Counted from the first letter of the whole stretch, positions 49,458 through 59,733 are shown. The stretch is DNA of 62,435 nt, filler included, from Thermodesulfobacteriota bacterium (GCA_036381125.1; 8 parts of 8 records of this genome joined end to end with filler, not necessarily neighbours in it); one strand, 5' to 3'. Notes: generated by a model not told the origin, from the letters alone. Program-made: numbers and translations.

Positions 49458-50216
49458 TCAGCTCACGACCGCATGGTCGGCCCGTGCGAGCGCGGCCGCG
49501 CGGCCGGCGTCTCGCGCCGCGAGCCGCTCGAGGAAGTCGGCCACGGCGGCCACGAAGGCGGCCGGCGCCTCGAGCATCGGCGCGTGCCCGCAGCGCGGGA
49601 TGGTCACGAGGCGCGCGTCGGGGAGCCCGGCCAGGAAGGCCGCGCCGACCGCGGGCGGCGTGATGCGGTCCTCCTCGCCCCACACGAGGAGCGTCGGCGC
49701 CTCGATGGCGGCGAGGTGGCCAGCCATGGGATAGTCACGCGTGGCCCGGGCCCAGGCGATCATCGCGCGGGTCTGCCCGCGGTCCCGCAGGAACGCGTGC
49801 ACGTCGCGGACGAGGCCGTCGGTGACGAAGCCGGGGTCGTAGAAGACCTCCTCGAGCTTCGCCCGCACGAAGGCGGGCGAGGGCGACGCCGGCACGCCGC
49901 GCGTGAAGCTCCGCTCGAGAAGCCCCGCGCTTCCGGCGAGGACGAGGCCCGCCGCGCGCGACGGGTATCGCAGCGCGAAGTCGAGCGCCACGTGCCCGCC
50001 GAAGGAGTTGCCGAGGAGCACGACCCGGTCGATCCCCCGCGCGGAGAGCCAGCCGGCCACGAAGCGCGTCAGGGCCGGCACCCCGCCGCGCGCCTGCTCG
50101 AGCGTGAGCGGGAGGGCCGGCGCGACGACGCGGTGGCGCGCGCCGAAGGCGAGCCGCACGGCGTCCCAGTGGTCAGGCCGCCCGAAGAGCCCGTGGAGTC
50201 CGCACAGGGTCGACAT
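49458..50216 (-). CDS. Alpha/beta hydrolase
   Basis: LHGLFG; GNSFGG nucleophile elbow; WGEED; GHAPMLE. Confidence 0.9.
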   Translation of the reverse strand: MSTLCGLHGLFGRPDHWDAVRLAFGARHRVVAPALPLTLEQARGGVPALTRFVAGWLSARGIDRVVLLGNSFGGHVALDFALRYPSRAAGLVLAGSAGLLERSFTRGVPASPSPAFVRAKLEEVFYDPGFVTDGLVRDVHAFLRDRGQTRAMIAWARATRDYPMAGHLAAIEAPTLLVWGEEDRITPPAVGAAFLAGLPDARLVTIPRCGHAPMLEAPAAFVAAVADFLERLAARDAGRAAALARADHAVVS

Positions 50217-50219
50217 CGC

Positions 50220-50957
50220 TCACAGGGCCAGCCCGCCGTTCACGTCGATCACCTGCCCGGTGATCCAGACGCCGTCGGGCGAGACCAGGAACGCCACCAC
50301 CCTGGCGATGTCGTCCGGCTCCCCCACCCGGCCGAGCGCGATCTGGGGCGCGAGCCGGGCCCGGTTGTCCGGCGTCAGCATCTCCGTGGCGGTCGCGCCG
50401 GGGGCGACGGTGTTGACCGTGATGCCGAGCGGCCCCAGGTCCTGCGCCATCGAGGGCGTCATCCCCTCGAGCGCCCCCTTCGAGGCCGCGTAGGCGGCGT
50501 GCCCCGGGAAGGCGCGATGCCCGGCGCCCGAGCCGATGTGGACGATCCGGCCGCCCGGACGGCCGCGCCGGCGGCGCACCATCTCCGAGGACGCGACGAG
50601 CGGCGCGCGCACGTTGACCGCGAGCTGCAGGTCGACCGCGGCCGGGTCGACCTCCCCCATCGGCGTCGGCGCCAGGGCGCCGGCGTTGTTGACGAGGATG
50701 TCCACCGTACCGAGTGCGGCCTCGACCCGATCGAACAGGGGGCCGATGGTCGAGACGTCGGCGAGGTCCGCCGCGAACGCCGAGGCCCGACCGCCCGCTC
50801 GCACGATCTCCTCCACCACCCGCTCCGCGGCCTCTCGCCGTCTCCGGTAGTGCACCGCGACCGCAGCGCCCTCCGCCGCCAGACGCCGCGCGACGGCGGC
50901 GCCGATGCCGCGCGAGGCGCCGGTCACGAGCGCCACCTGCCCGGCAAGCCGCGTCAT
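50220..50957 (-). CDS. Short-chain dehydrogenase/reductase
   Basis: TGASRGIG; NNAG; YAASK; NTVAPG. Confidence 0.92.
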   Translation of the reverse strand: MTRLAGQVALVTGASRGIGAAVARRLAAEGAAVAVHYRRRREAAERVVEEIVRAGGRASAFAADLADVSTIGPLFDRVEAALGTVDILVNNAGALAPTPMGEVDPAAVDLQLAVNVRAPLVASSEMVRRRRGRPGGRIVHIGSGAGHRAFPGHAAYAASKGALEGMTPSMAQDLGPLGITVNTVAPGATATEMLTPDNRARLAPQIALGRVGEPDDIARVVAFLVSPDGVWITGQVIDVNGGLAL

Positions 50958-51250
50958 CGCGCCAGCGCTCCGCCGATGGCCGCGGCGATGATGAGCAGGA
51001 CGCGGCCGACGATCAGGTAGAGCGTGACCCCGAGCCCCAGGAACCCCCCCACGACCGGAAGGCTGAAGTAGGTGAACGCGAGGAAGAGGAGCACGCCGAC
51101 GATGATGGCCGGCAGGATGGCTGCCATCATCGCGGTGCCGGGCGAGCCGGCGATGTAGCCGCCGACGAGGCCCGCCACGATCGGGCCGATGATCGGCGCC
51201 CAGAAGAGGACGACGTCGATGAGGACCATGACGATCATGGCGGAGATCAT
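50954..51250 (-). CDS. Small integral membrane protein
   Basis: Hydrophobic 98 aa; PIIGPIVAGLVGGY; ATGA overlaps on both sides. Confidence 0.75.
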   Translation of the reverse strand: MISAMIVMVLIDVVLFWAPIIGPIVAGLVGGYIAGSPGTAMMAAILPAIIVGVLLFLAFTYFSLPVVGGFLGLGVTLYLIVGRVLLIIAAAIGGALAR

Positions 51251-52470
51251 GGGCGAGAGTCTAGCGCGGGGCGGCCCGTGTACCGCAGGATCCAGAGCCC
51301 CTGGTTCTTGTTGGTGATGTAGATGTAGCCTCGCCGGTCGACCAGGACGTCCTCGGTCTGCACGACGAGCCGATCGGGAGGCTGCGGCCCGAAGCGCTGC
51401 GTCGGATCGGGCGGGATGAAGTACCCGATCTCCTTCGGCACCCGCGGGTTCTCGATGTCGTAGATGCGCAGGCCCGCGTTGAAGTACGTGAGGTAGACGC
51501 GGTCGTCCCGCCGCTCGACGAACTCGCTGTGGAAGTGCGGGTTGATGTTGTACGGTCCGAACCGTCCCCCCTTCTCGCAGAAGTCCCGGTACGGCGACTT
51601 GCGCGAGGGAACGGGCAGCGGCAGGACGCTGTGCAACCCGATGTTCGCGAGGAACGGCGGGCTGAAGTCGAGCTGGCCGACCATCCTGGGGGCGGACACG
51701 TCGCTGATGTCGAGGATCACCACGCCCGCCGCGCCGTACGAGAGGTACGCGAGGTTCCCCTCCACGTACGGCGGCCCGTGCAGGCTGACGCCCGGCTCCG
51801 GCGTCTCGCCGCCCGCCTCGTGCTGCCCCGGCACCCACCAGCGGCCGGCCTCGACCGGACGCGTCGGGTCGCTGATGTCGAGGATCACGTAGATCTCTCC
51901 GCTGTATCCCGGCATTCCGGCGGCGAGGTGGACGTACCGGCCGCCGGCGTAGAAGTTCCGGTGCGTGCCGGTCCCGCCCGTTCGGAAGTGGCCGAGCAGC
52001 TCGGGATTCGTCGGATCCGCGAGGCTCCAGACGAGCACGCCCTCCTCGAACGGCTGGTTCGGATCGCCGCCCCAGCTCTCCGGCATCTGCTCGAGGGCGG
52101 TGATCATCGTCCCCTCGTCGACCTCCATCTGGATCGTCCAGGTGTTCTCCGGCCCCGGGATGAACCTGACCACGCTCGGCTGCGACGGGTCCGTCACGTC
52201 CAGGATCGACCATCCTCTGTGCCAGAGGTGTCCCGTGTAGAGGTACCAGCGCCCGCCGACCTCCTGGATCGCCAGCTTGAACGGCGGCCTGCCGTTCACG
52301 TCGGTGTAGCCGACCACTCGCACGTTGCTGGCCTCCGGCTTGTCGGCTCGGCCTCGTCTCTCTCGGTCCGCGGCGCCGGCGCTGTCGGGGAGCAGGCCGG
52401 CGACGATCAGCAGCGCGGTCAGGACGCCGGACGCGCGCCTCGCGCGCGACCGATGGCTTGCATGACCCAT
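51247..52470 (-). CDS. LVIVD-repeat beta-propeller protein, apparently with an internal deletion
   Basis: Repeats SILDVTDP, ILDISDP, ILDISD, IYDIENP; signal peptide. Confidence 0.8.
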   Translation of the reverse strand: MGHASHRSRARRASGVLTALLIVAGLLPDSAGAADRERRGRADKPEASNVRVVGYTDVNGRPPFKLAIQEVGGRWYLYTGHLWHRGWSILDVTDPSQPSVVRFIPGPENTWTIQMEVDEGTMITALEQMPESWGGDPNQPFEEGVLVWSLADPTNPELLGHFRTGGTGTHRNFYAGGRYVHLAAGMPGYSGEIYVILDISDPTRPVEAGRWWVPGQHEAGGETPEPGVSLHGPPYVEGNLAYLSYGAAGVVILDISDVSAPRMVGQLDFSPPFLANIGLHSVLPLPVPSRKSPYRDFCEKGGRFGPYNINPHFHSEFVERRDDRVYLTYFNAGLRIYDIENPRVPKEIGYFIPPDPTQRFGPQPPDRLVVQTEDVLVDRRGYIYITNKNQGLWILRYTGRPALDSRP

Positions 52471-52534
52471 TCCGTCTCTCCTCTTGAGAATTCAGCGTGT
52501 GCGGAGGACGCAGCCTCTGCGGCAGGGGCGGCGC

Positions 52535-52634
52535 NNNNNNNNNNNNNNNNNNNNNNNNNNNNNNNNNNNNNNNNNNNNTTAATTAATTAANNNNNNNNNN
52601 NNNNNNNNNNNNNNNNNNNNNNNNNNNNNNNNNN
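52535..52634. other. Artificial contig linker
   Basis: N-run, TTAATTAATTAA, N-run. Confidence 0.98.
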
Positions 52635-53554
52635 CGGCGCAGGACGAAGTCGAGCGCGCCCGCGAGGACGATGACGAGGCCGAGGACCACCTCGGCCACG
52701 AACGGGGAGATCCCCATGAGGTTGAGCCCGTTCAGGAGGCTCTGGACGAAGAACGCGCCGGCGAGCACGGGGAACGGCGACCCGGTTCCGCCGCTGAGCG
52801 CGGTGCCCCCGATCACGGCGGCGGCGATCGCCGACAGCTCGAGCCCGGAGCCCTCCGTGGGCAGGCCGGCTCCCGCGCGGCCGAGGAACACGAGACCGGC
52901 GAGGCTGGCCGCGAGGCCGCAGAGGGCGTACGCCGCCGCCAGCGTACGGCGCACCGGCACCCCGACCAGCTCGGCGGCCCTCGGGTCGCTGCCCACCATG
53001 TAGAGGCGCCGGCCGAGCCGCAGCCGCGCGAGGGCCGCCGCGAGGCCGGCGGTCACGGCCAGGACGATCAGCGCGGTTGCCGGCACGCCCAGGACCTCCC
53101 CGTAGGTCACGTCCATGAGCGGCATGTCGGGCGGCAGCATGACCGCCTGGTTCCCGTCGCTCAGGAGCAGGGCCGCGCCGCGGGCGAAGAGCAGCATGCC
53201 GAGCGTGGCGATGATCGGCTGGATCCCGAGGTAGCCGACGAGGAGCCCGTTCACCGCGCCGCAGGCGAGCCCCACGGCCGGGACGGCGAGAAGGCCGGGC
53301 CACCCGGCCTGGCCGGCCGCGAGCGCGCCGGCCACCGTGGCCAGCGCGGCCACCGAGCCGACGGAGATGTCGAAGCCGCGCGTGACGATGACCAGCATCT
53401 GCCCGAGGGCCGCCAGGGCGAGCGGGGCGACCTGGCCGGCGATGTTGAGTCCGTTCGACACCGAGAGGAAGAACGGGTTCACCGTGCCGAGGACGACCCA
53501 GGCGCCGACGACGGCGAGCGGGGCGACCAGGTCGCGGGCGGCCGGGCGGGTCAC
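52635..53554 (-). CDS. Sugar (RbsC-type) ABC permease, 3' truncated
   Basis: GFDISVGS; IATLGML; LELSAIAAAVIGG. Confidence 0.88.
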
Positions 53555-54516
53555 GACCCGTCCCCCTTTCGGGCGGGCCAGCGGATCCGCTGCGCCACGA
53601 CGGCGCCGACGGTGAGGGCGCCGATCAGCATCAGTTGGACCGAGGACGCGACGTTGAGGAGCACGACGGCGTTCTGCACGACCGCGACGATCAGGACGCC
53701 CGTGAGGACGTGGAGGGCGCTGCCGGCGCCGCCGGTCAACGGGAGCCCGCCGATGGCGCAGGCGGCGATCGCCTCGAACGGGAGCGTCGGGTAGAGGTTC
53801 GGCTGGCCGGAGGCGACGCGGGAGGTGAGGATCACGCCGGCCGCTCCCACGAAGCCGCCGCCGATCAGGTAGGCCATGAAGAGCCGCTGCCGCACGTCGA
53901 CGCCCGCGGCCTCCGCCGCCCGCGGGCTCGAGCCGATGAGGTACCAGGTGCGCCCGAGGACCGTGCGACGCAGGAGCAGGGAGAGGGCGGCGAAGCCGAG
54001 CGCCCCGGCCGCGACGGGCGCCGGCAGGCCGAGGACGCGGCCGTACGCCGGCCACGAGAACCCCGGCGCGGCGGGCGCGTCGAGCGGGATGCCGCCGACG
54101 AGGAGGCTCGCGAGGCCATGGCCGGCGATCAGCATGCCGAGCGTGGCGAGGAACGGGGGCATCTCGAGCCAGCCGACCAGGAGGCCGTTGAGGGCGCCGA
54201 CGGCCAGCGCGGCCGCCGCGCCGAGCGCCAGGGCCTCCGGCGCCCCCACGTGGGGCAGGGCGAGGACAGCCACGACGCTCGTCAGCGCGACCGACGACCC
54301 GCTCGAGAAGTCGATCCCGCCGCTCACGACGACCACCGCCTGGCCGTACGCCGCGAGCGCGAGGATGGCGGCCACGCGGGCGACGTTCGCGAGGTTGCCG
54401 ACCGTGAGGAAGCGCGGCACGACGAGCGCGAGGAGGACGAGGAGGGCGAGGAGCACCCACGCCGCGGGCGGTACGGCGCCGAGGCCCGGTTCGATCGCCC
54501 GCAGGCGGCGGCTCAC
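53551..54516 (-). CDS. Sugar (RbsC-type) ABC permease
   Basis: GGIDFSSGS; PPFLATLGM; FEAIAACAIGG. Confidence 0.88.
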   Translation of the reverse strand: MSRRLRAIEPGLGAVPPAAWVLLALLVLLALVVPRFLTVGNLANVARVAAILALAAYGQAVVVVSGGIDFSSGSSVALTSVVAVLALPHVGAPEALALGAAAALAVGALNGLLVGWLEMPPFLATLGMLIAGHGLASLLVGGIPLDAPAAPGFSWPAYGRVLGLPAPVAAGALGFAALSLLLRRTVLGRTWYLIGSSPRAAEAAGVDVRQRLFMAYLIGGGFVGAAGVILTSRVASGQPNLYPTLPFEAIAACAIGGLPLTGGAGSALHVLTGVLIVAVVQNAVVLLNVASSVQLMLIGALTVGAVVAQRIRWPARKGDGS

Positions 54517-56006
54517 GCCGCGGCCCCCGTGAGGTGCGCGAGGACCTCGGCCGCGGCGCACGCGCGCGGCCGCTCGGCGACGACCCGGCCGGCTCGCATC
54601 ACGAGGAGCCGGTCGGCGAGCGAGAGGACCTCGTCGAGGTCGCTCGAGACGAGCACCACCGCGGTCCCGGCCGCGGCGGCGCCCGCGAGCGCCTGGTGGA
54701 TGACCTCGCGCGCGCCGACGTCGACGCCGCGCGTCGGCTCGAGGGCGACGAGGAGCCGCATGCCGGACATCGCGAGGTTGCGCAGGACGAGCACCTTCTG
54801 CTGGTTGCCGCCGGAGAGCCGCCGGATGGGGGCCGCCGGCTCCGGCGGGCTCACCGCCAGCCGCCGCACCCAGGGGAGGACCCGGGCTGTCTCGCGGCCC
54901 TTCCGCAGCCACCCCGCCGGCGCGACCTCCCCGAGGATCGCCACGCTGCCGTTGGCGAGCACGGAGAGGCCCGGAAAGAGGCCGTCCGTCTCGCGATCGG
55001 CCGGGACGAGCCCGATGCCGGCCCGCGTCGCCGCCACGCGGTCGCCCACCGCGAGCGGCCGGCCCCCGAGGGAGATCCGGCCGGCGCGGGCCGGAAGCGC
55101 GCCGGCCAGGGCCGCCCCGAGCTCGAGCGCGCCGGACCCCACGAGCCCGACGACGCCCAGCACCTCGCCGCGCCGCACGGCGAGCGAGACGTCCGAGAAG
55201 AGGCCGGGCGCCGCGAGGCCCTCGACGCGCAGGACGTCGTCACCGGCGGCCCGCGGGGCCCGGGGCGCGCGCTCGACCGCGTGGCCGATCATCGCCTCGA
55301 CGATGTCGCGGCCGGAGAGCGCCGCCCGCGGCGCCCCCTCGACGACGGTCACCCCGTCGCGCAGCACCGAGACGCGATCGGCCAGCGCCTCGACCTCGTC
55401 GATCTTGTGGCTGATGAAGAGCACCGCCTTGCCCTGGAGGCAGACGGCCCTGAGCGCCCGGAAGAGGCGGTCGGCCTCGGCGCGGTTCAGCGCCGCGGTC
55501 GGCTCGTCGAGGACGAGGACCCGGCACTCCCGGCCGAGCCCCCTCGCGATCTCGACGAGCTGGCGCTGGCCGAGCGACAGGCGGCCGACAGGGGTCCGGG
55601 GATCGAGGTCGAGGCCCGCCTCGGACAGCATCCGGCGGGCGCGGTCGAGCGTGGCGAGCCCCGGACGCCGCGCCAGGGCGGGTCCGTCCGCCAGCTCGAA
55701 GGCGAAGAGGTTCTCGAGGACGCTGAGGTGCGGCATCAGCGTGAGGTGCTGGTAGATGGGGACGATGCCGGCCAGGACCGCCTCGCGGACGCCTGCCGGC
55801 GCGAGCGGGCGCCCCTCGAGCCGGACCTCCCCGGCGTCGGGCCTGAGCGCCCCCACCAGGATCTTGACGAGGGTGCTCTTGCCGGCGCCGTTCTCGCCCA
55901 TCAGGGCGTGAACCTCCCCGGCGTGGAGCGTCAGGTTCGCCCCACGGAGCGCCAGGGTTGCGCCGAAGCGCCTGGCGATCGACGAGGCGGCAAGCACCGG
56001 ATGCAT
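54513..56006 (-). CDS. Sugar ABC ATP-binding protein (RbsA-type, two NBDs)
   Basis: GENGAGKST; LDEPTAAL; ISHK; LSGGNQQK; EPTRGVDVG. Confidence 0.92.
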   Translation of the reverse strand: MHPVLAASSIARRFGATLALRGANLTLHAGEVHALMGENGAGKSTLVKILVGALRPDAGEVRLEGRPLAPAGVREAVLAGIVPIYQHLTLMPHLSVLENLFAFELADGPALARRPGLATLDRARRMLSEAGLDLDPRTPVGRLSLGQRQLVEIARGLGRECRVLVLDEPTAALNRAEADRLFRALRAVCLQGKAVLFISHKIDEVEALADRVSVLRDGVTVVEGAPRAALSGRDIVEAMIGHAVERAPRAPRAAGDDVLRVEGLAAPGLFSDVSLAVRRGEVLGVVGLVGSGALELGAALAGALPARAGRISLGGRPLAVGDRVAATRAGIGLVPADRETDGLFPGLSVLANGSVAILGEVAPAGWLRKGRETARVLPWVRRLAVSPPEPAAPIRRLSGGNQQKVLVLRNLAMSGMRLLVALEPTRGVDVGAREVIHQALAGAAAAGTAVVLVSSDLDEVLSLADRLLVMRAGRVVAERPRACAAAEVLAHLTGAAA

Positions 56007-56063
56007 CCAGGTAACTCTATCGCTGCCTCGATTCCAGGCACAACCGATGTTTTTGCGGTCCGT

Positions 56064-56082
56064 CCATGAGCTAAACTCATGG
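56064..56082. promoter_or_regulatory. LysR recognition site (T-N11-A dyad)
   Basis: CCATGAG-CTAAA-CTCATGG between the divergent lysR and ABC operon. Confidence 0.7.
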
Positions 56083-56104
56083 CTATGCGATCGCGGAGCG
56101 ACCG

Positions 56105-56827
56105 GTGACCCGGCGGCTGCCCTCGCTCTCGTCGGTGCGCGCGTTCGAGGCGGCCGGGCGGCGCCTGAGCTTCACCGGCGCCGCCGAGGAGCTGAACGTG
56201 ACCCAGGGGGCCGTGAGCCGGCAGGTACGGGCCCTCGAGGAGTACCTCGGGGTCCGGCTCTTCCGGCGCGCGGCCCGCTCCGTGGTCCTCACGGCCGAGG
56301 GGGAGGAGTACCTCCGCGCCGTGCGCGAGAGCTTCGACCGGCTCGAGCAGGCGACGCTCCGGATCCTCGGGCGGCCCGAGTCGCGGGTGCTCACGCTGAA
56401 CGTCCTCCCGACGCTCGCGTCGCGATGGGTGATCCCGCGGCTCCTGTCGTTCACCGAGCCGAACACGCCCATCGAGGTGCGCATGATCACGTCGATCGCG
56501 CCGGTCGACTTCGGGCGCGACGACATCGACGTGGCCATCCGCGTCGGCAGCCCGCACGGCCAGGTGGTCGAGCCGGGCCGGGCGCGGATCGACCTGGTCA
56601 TGACCGACGACTGGCGAGGCGTGAGCGCCGACTTCCTCTTCCCCGACGTGATCGTGCCGGTGGCGAGCCGGGGCCTGCTCGCCTCCGGCCGGCCGCTCGC
56701 GACCCCCGGGGTCCCTGGCGAACCAGGTGCGGCTCCAGACGGCCACGCGGCCGCACGCGTGGGCCGACCGGCTCGCGGCGGTCGGGGGCGGCGGGGCACC
56801 GTTGACGCACCGGCCGGGGTCCTGTAA
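56105..56827 (+). pseudogene. LysR (GcvA-like) regulator, frameshifted near 56712
   Basis: HTH SFTGAAEELNVTQGAVSRQV; homology continues in another frame (LANQVRLQTATRPHAWAD) and then decays. Confidence 0.75.
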
Positions 56828-56931
56828 AGATGCGCCGTTTCGAGCAAGGGAACCGCCTGCCAATGTCCCCCGAGTCCGATCAGCCGGTCACCACTCCCCA
56901 GCGGCCGCCCGCCACGTTCGGCCGGATCGAG

Positions 56932-57031
56932 NNNNNNNNNNNNNNNNNNNNNNNNNNNNNNNNNNNNNNNNNNNNTTAATTAATTAANNNNNNNNNNNNN
57001 NNNNNNNNNNNNNNNNNNNNNNNNNNNNNNN
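56932..57031. other. Artificial contig linker
   Basis: N-run, TTAATTAATTAA, N-run. Confidence 0.98.
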
Positions 57032-57131
57032 CGGGGCGTGGACCACGCCGGTGACTCCGAGTCGGGCGGTGAGCTCTTCGTCGCGGCCGGTCGTCTGATC
57101 GAGCTCGCCGACGGTGGGCGGGAGCGCTGAG

Positions 57132-58538
57132 GTGCAGGCCGGAGGCGACACGGCGGCCGAGCTGCTGCCCGCGGAGGTCGCCGAGCGCGTCCTGGCGCGG
57201 GCGCTGGCCTCCGGCGGCGACTTCGCCGAGGTTTTCGCCGAACGGCGGGCCGGGCTCTCGATGGCCGTCGACGAGTCGAGGATCGAGTCCGTGCAGGCGG
57301 GCGCCGAGCAGGGGGCCGGGATCAGGGTCGTGGACGGGGGCACGACCTACTTCGCGCATGTCGACGGCCTCGAGCCGATCGACCTCGAGCGGGCCGCCGC
57401 GGAAGCGGCCTCCGCGCTGCGCGGCGGGCGCCGAGAGCCCCGCCCCCTGCGCGCCGGCGCAGCCGCGCCGCAGCCGATCGAGCAACGCCCCGAGGAGGTC
57501 CCGGCGGAGCGCAAGGCAGCGCTGCTGCGCGAGCTCGACGAGCGCGGCCGCGGCGCCGGAGACGCGATCGCGCAGGTCCTCGCCTCCTACTCCGAGGGCA
57601 GGCGCCAGGTGGCGATCGCCAACTCCGAGGGGGCGTTCAGCGGCGACGACCGCACCCGGGTGCGGATCGGAGTGCAGGCGGTGGCGCGCCGCGGCGAGCG
57701 GGTCGAGACGGGCGCCGAGACGCTCGGCGGCCATCGCGGCTTCGAGCTGCTCGAAGAGGACCCGGGGGAGATCGCCGAGAGCGCCGCCGCAAAGGCGCTG
57801 ACCCTGCTCGACGCCGGGCCGGCGCCGACCGGCTCGATGCCGGTGGTGGTCGGAGGCGGCTTCGGCGGCGTCCTCTTCCACGAGATGACCGGACACGGCC
57901 TCGAGGCCGACCACGTCCAGAAGGGTGCGAGCGTCTATGCCGGCAAGCTCGGCGAGGAGATCGCCCGCCCCCTGCTCAGCGCCTACGACGACGGCTGCCT
58001 CCCCGGCGAGTGGGGGACCGACTCGATCGACGACGAGGGCATCCCGACCCAGAAGACGCTCGTGATCGAGGACGGGCGGCTCACCTCCTATCTCTACGAC
58101 CGGCTCCGCGCCGAGCGGGACGGCGTAGAGTCGACCGGCAACGGCCGCCGCGAGAGCTTCCGCCACCTGCCGATCCCGCGGATGACCAACACCTACATCG
58201 CTCCCGGCGACGCCGAGCCCGAGGCGATGATCTCCGAGGTGCAGAGCGGCTTCTACGCCGTCTCCTTCGGCGGCGGGCAGGTGGACCCGGCGACCGGCGA
58301 CTTCGTCTTCGGCGTCTCCGAGGGCTACCTGATCGAGGGCGGCCGGGTGACAAGGCCGTGCCGGGGCGCGACGCTGATCGGCAACTGCCTGCAGGCGCTG
58401 GCCGCGATCGACGCGGTCGGCAACGACTTCTGGATGAAGTCGGGGATCTGCGGCAAGGGAGGTCAGAGCGTCCCGGTGGGCACGGGACAGGGGCACGTCC
58501 GGATCGCCGCGATGACGGTCGGAGGGACGCAGACGTGA
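57132..58538 (+). CDS. tldD: TldD metalloprotease subunit (start uncertain)
   Basis: LFHEMTGHGLEAD (HExxGH); DDEG; PRMTNTY; CGKGGQ. Confidence 0.92.
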   Translation: MQAGGDTAAELLPAEVAERVLARALASGGDFAEVFAERRAGLSMAVDESRIESVQAGAEQGAGIRVVDGGTTYFAHVDGLEPIDLERAAAEAASALRGGRREPRPLRAGAAAPQPIEQRPEEVPAERKAALLRELDERGRGAGDAIAQVLASYSEGRRQVAIANSEGAFSGDDRTRVRIGVQAVARRGERVETGAETLGGHRGFELLEEDPGEIAESAAAKALTLLDAGPAPTGSMPVVVGGGFGGVLFHEMTGHGLEADHVQKGASVYAGKLGEEIARPLLSAYDDGCLPGEWGTDSIDDEGIPTQKTLVIEDGRLTSYLYDRLRAERDGVESTGNGRRESFRHLPIPRMTNTYIAPGDAEPEAMISEVQSGFYAVSFGGGQVDPATGDFVFGVSEGYLIEGGRVTRPCRGATLIGNCLQALAAIDAVGNDFWMKSGICGKGGQSVPVGTGQGHVRIAAMTVGGTQT

Positions 58539-59532
58539 GCGACGGCCCAGCGGTCGCCGCCCGCGCGGTGGAGGAGGCCCTCGCGGCCGGCGGCGCCGAC
58601 GCCGAGGCGTACTGGTCCGAGGAGGAGAGCCGTGAGGTGCGCGTGCACGGCGGCGAGGTCGAGAGCTTCACGGCGGCGACCGGCCGCGGCGTCGGCGTGC
58701 GCGCCTGGATCGACGGGCGGGTCGGCTACGGGTTCGGAACCGATCTCAGCGACAGTGGCATCGCCGAGATCGCCCGCCGCGCCGTCGGCGCGGCGCGGGT
58801 CGCCGACGAGGACGAGCACGCGGGGCCGCCGCGGCCAGCCGGGGCCGCCGCCGCGATGGAGGGGCTCAGCGACCCCTCGGTCGGCAGCTGGGGGGCGGCC
58901 GAGGCGGTCGAGCTGGCGCTTGCCGTCGAGCGGGCCGCGCTCGACTCCGACCGGCGCGTGGTGGAGGTCGAGCAGGCCGTCTACGTCGACAGCTCGGACC
59001 GGGTGGCCATAGCCGCCTCCACCGGCCTGGCCGGCGACTTCGAGGCGACCAGCTGTTACGCGTATCTGCAGGCGCTCGCCGAGGGCGGCGACGGGCGGGA
59101 GACCGGCCTCGGCTTCGGCCTGGCCCGCGGCCCGGCCGATCTCGACCCGGGGGCGATCGGCCGCGAGGGGGCGGAGCGGGCGACGGCGATGATCGGGGCC
59201 GGCAAGCCTGACTCCCGGTCCTGCCCCGTCGTGCTGGACCAGACGGTCGCGGCCTCCTTCACGTCCCTCCTCGGCCGCGCGCTCGGCGCCGACGCCGTCC
59301 AGCGGGGGCGCTCGCCCCTCGCCGACCGGCTCGGCGACGAGGTGGCCGACGAGGCGTTCGCCCTCAGCGACGACGGCCTCGACGTCGGAGGATTCGCCGC
59401 CGCCCCGATCGACGCCGAGGGGGTGCCGCAACGGCGCACGCCGCTGATCGAGGGCGGCCGCCTCCTCGCCTACCTCTACGACACCTACACGGCCCGCCGT
59501 GGCGGAGCCGTCTCGACCGGTAACGCCGGCCG
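58535..59532 (+). CDS. pmbA: PmbA/TldE subunit (3' truncated)
   Basis: GVGVRAW..GRVG; DAEGVP; YLYDTYTAR; STGNA; coupled to tldD. Confidence 0.88.
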
Positions 59533-59632
59533 NNNNNNNNNNNNNNNNNNNNNNNNNNNNNNNNNNNNNNNNNNNNTTAATTAATTAANNNNNNNNNNNN
59601 NNNNNNNNNNNNNNNNNNNNNNNNNNNNNNNN
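59533..59632. other. Artificial contig linker
   Basis: N-run, TTAATTAATTAA, N-run. Confidence 0.98.
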
Positions 59633-59724
59633 GCCCGACCAGGCCAGGGCCGAGTACCGGCGCGCCCTCGAGCTCGAGCCGGACCCTGGAGGAGACGCGG
59701 CGCAACCTGGAGCTGCTCGGGTAG
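59633..59724 (+). CDS. C-terminal fragment of a TPR protein (apparent 1-nt frameshift)
   Basis: AEYRRALELEPD, then LEETRRNLELLG* in another frame. Confidence 0.5.
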
Positions 59725-59733
59725 CCCCCGGGG

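Noticed and set aside
51251-51265. TAGACT-N7-ATG as another leaderless promoter
   Set aside because: The start overlaps the upstream LVIVD stop (ATGA), so translational coupling explains it equally well
57032-59532. TldD/PmbA as part of a RiPP or microcin cluster
   Set aside because: No precursor peptide or YcaO gene on this short contig; an ordinary housekeeping pair
9276-59632. Seven identical TTAATTAATTAA motifs flanked by N-runs
   Set aside because: Artificial six-frame-stop contig linkers; gene adjacency across them has no biological meaning
59633-59724. Programmed frameshift in the TPR fragment
   Set aside because: A single extra C in a short run at a contig edge with no slippery heptamer; more likely a sequencing error
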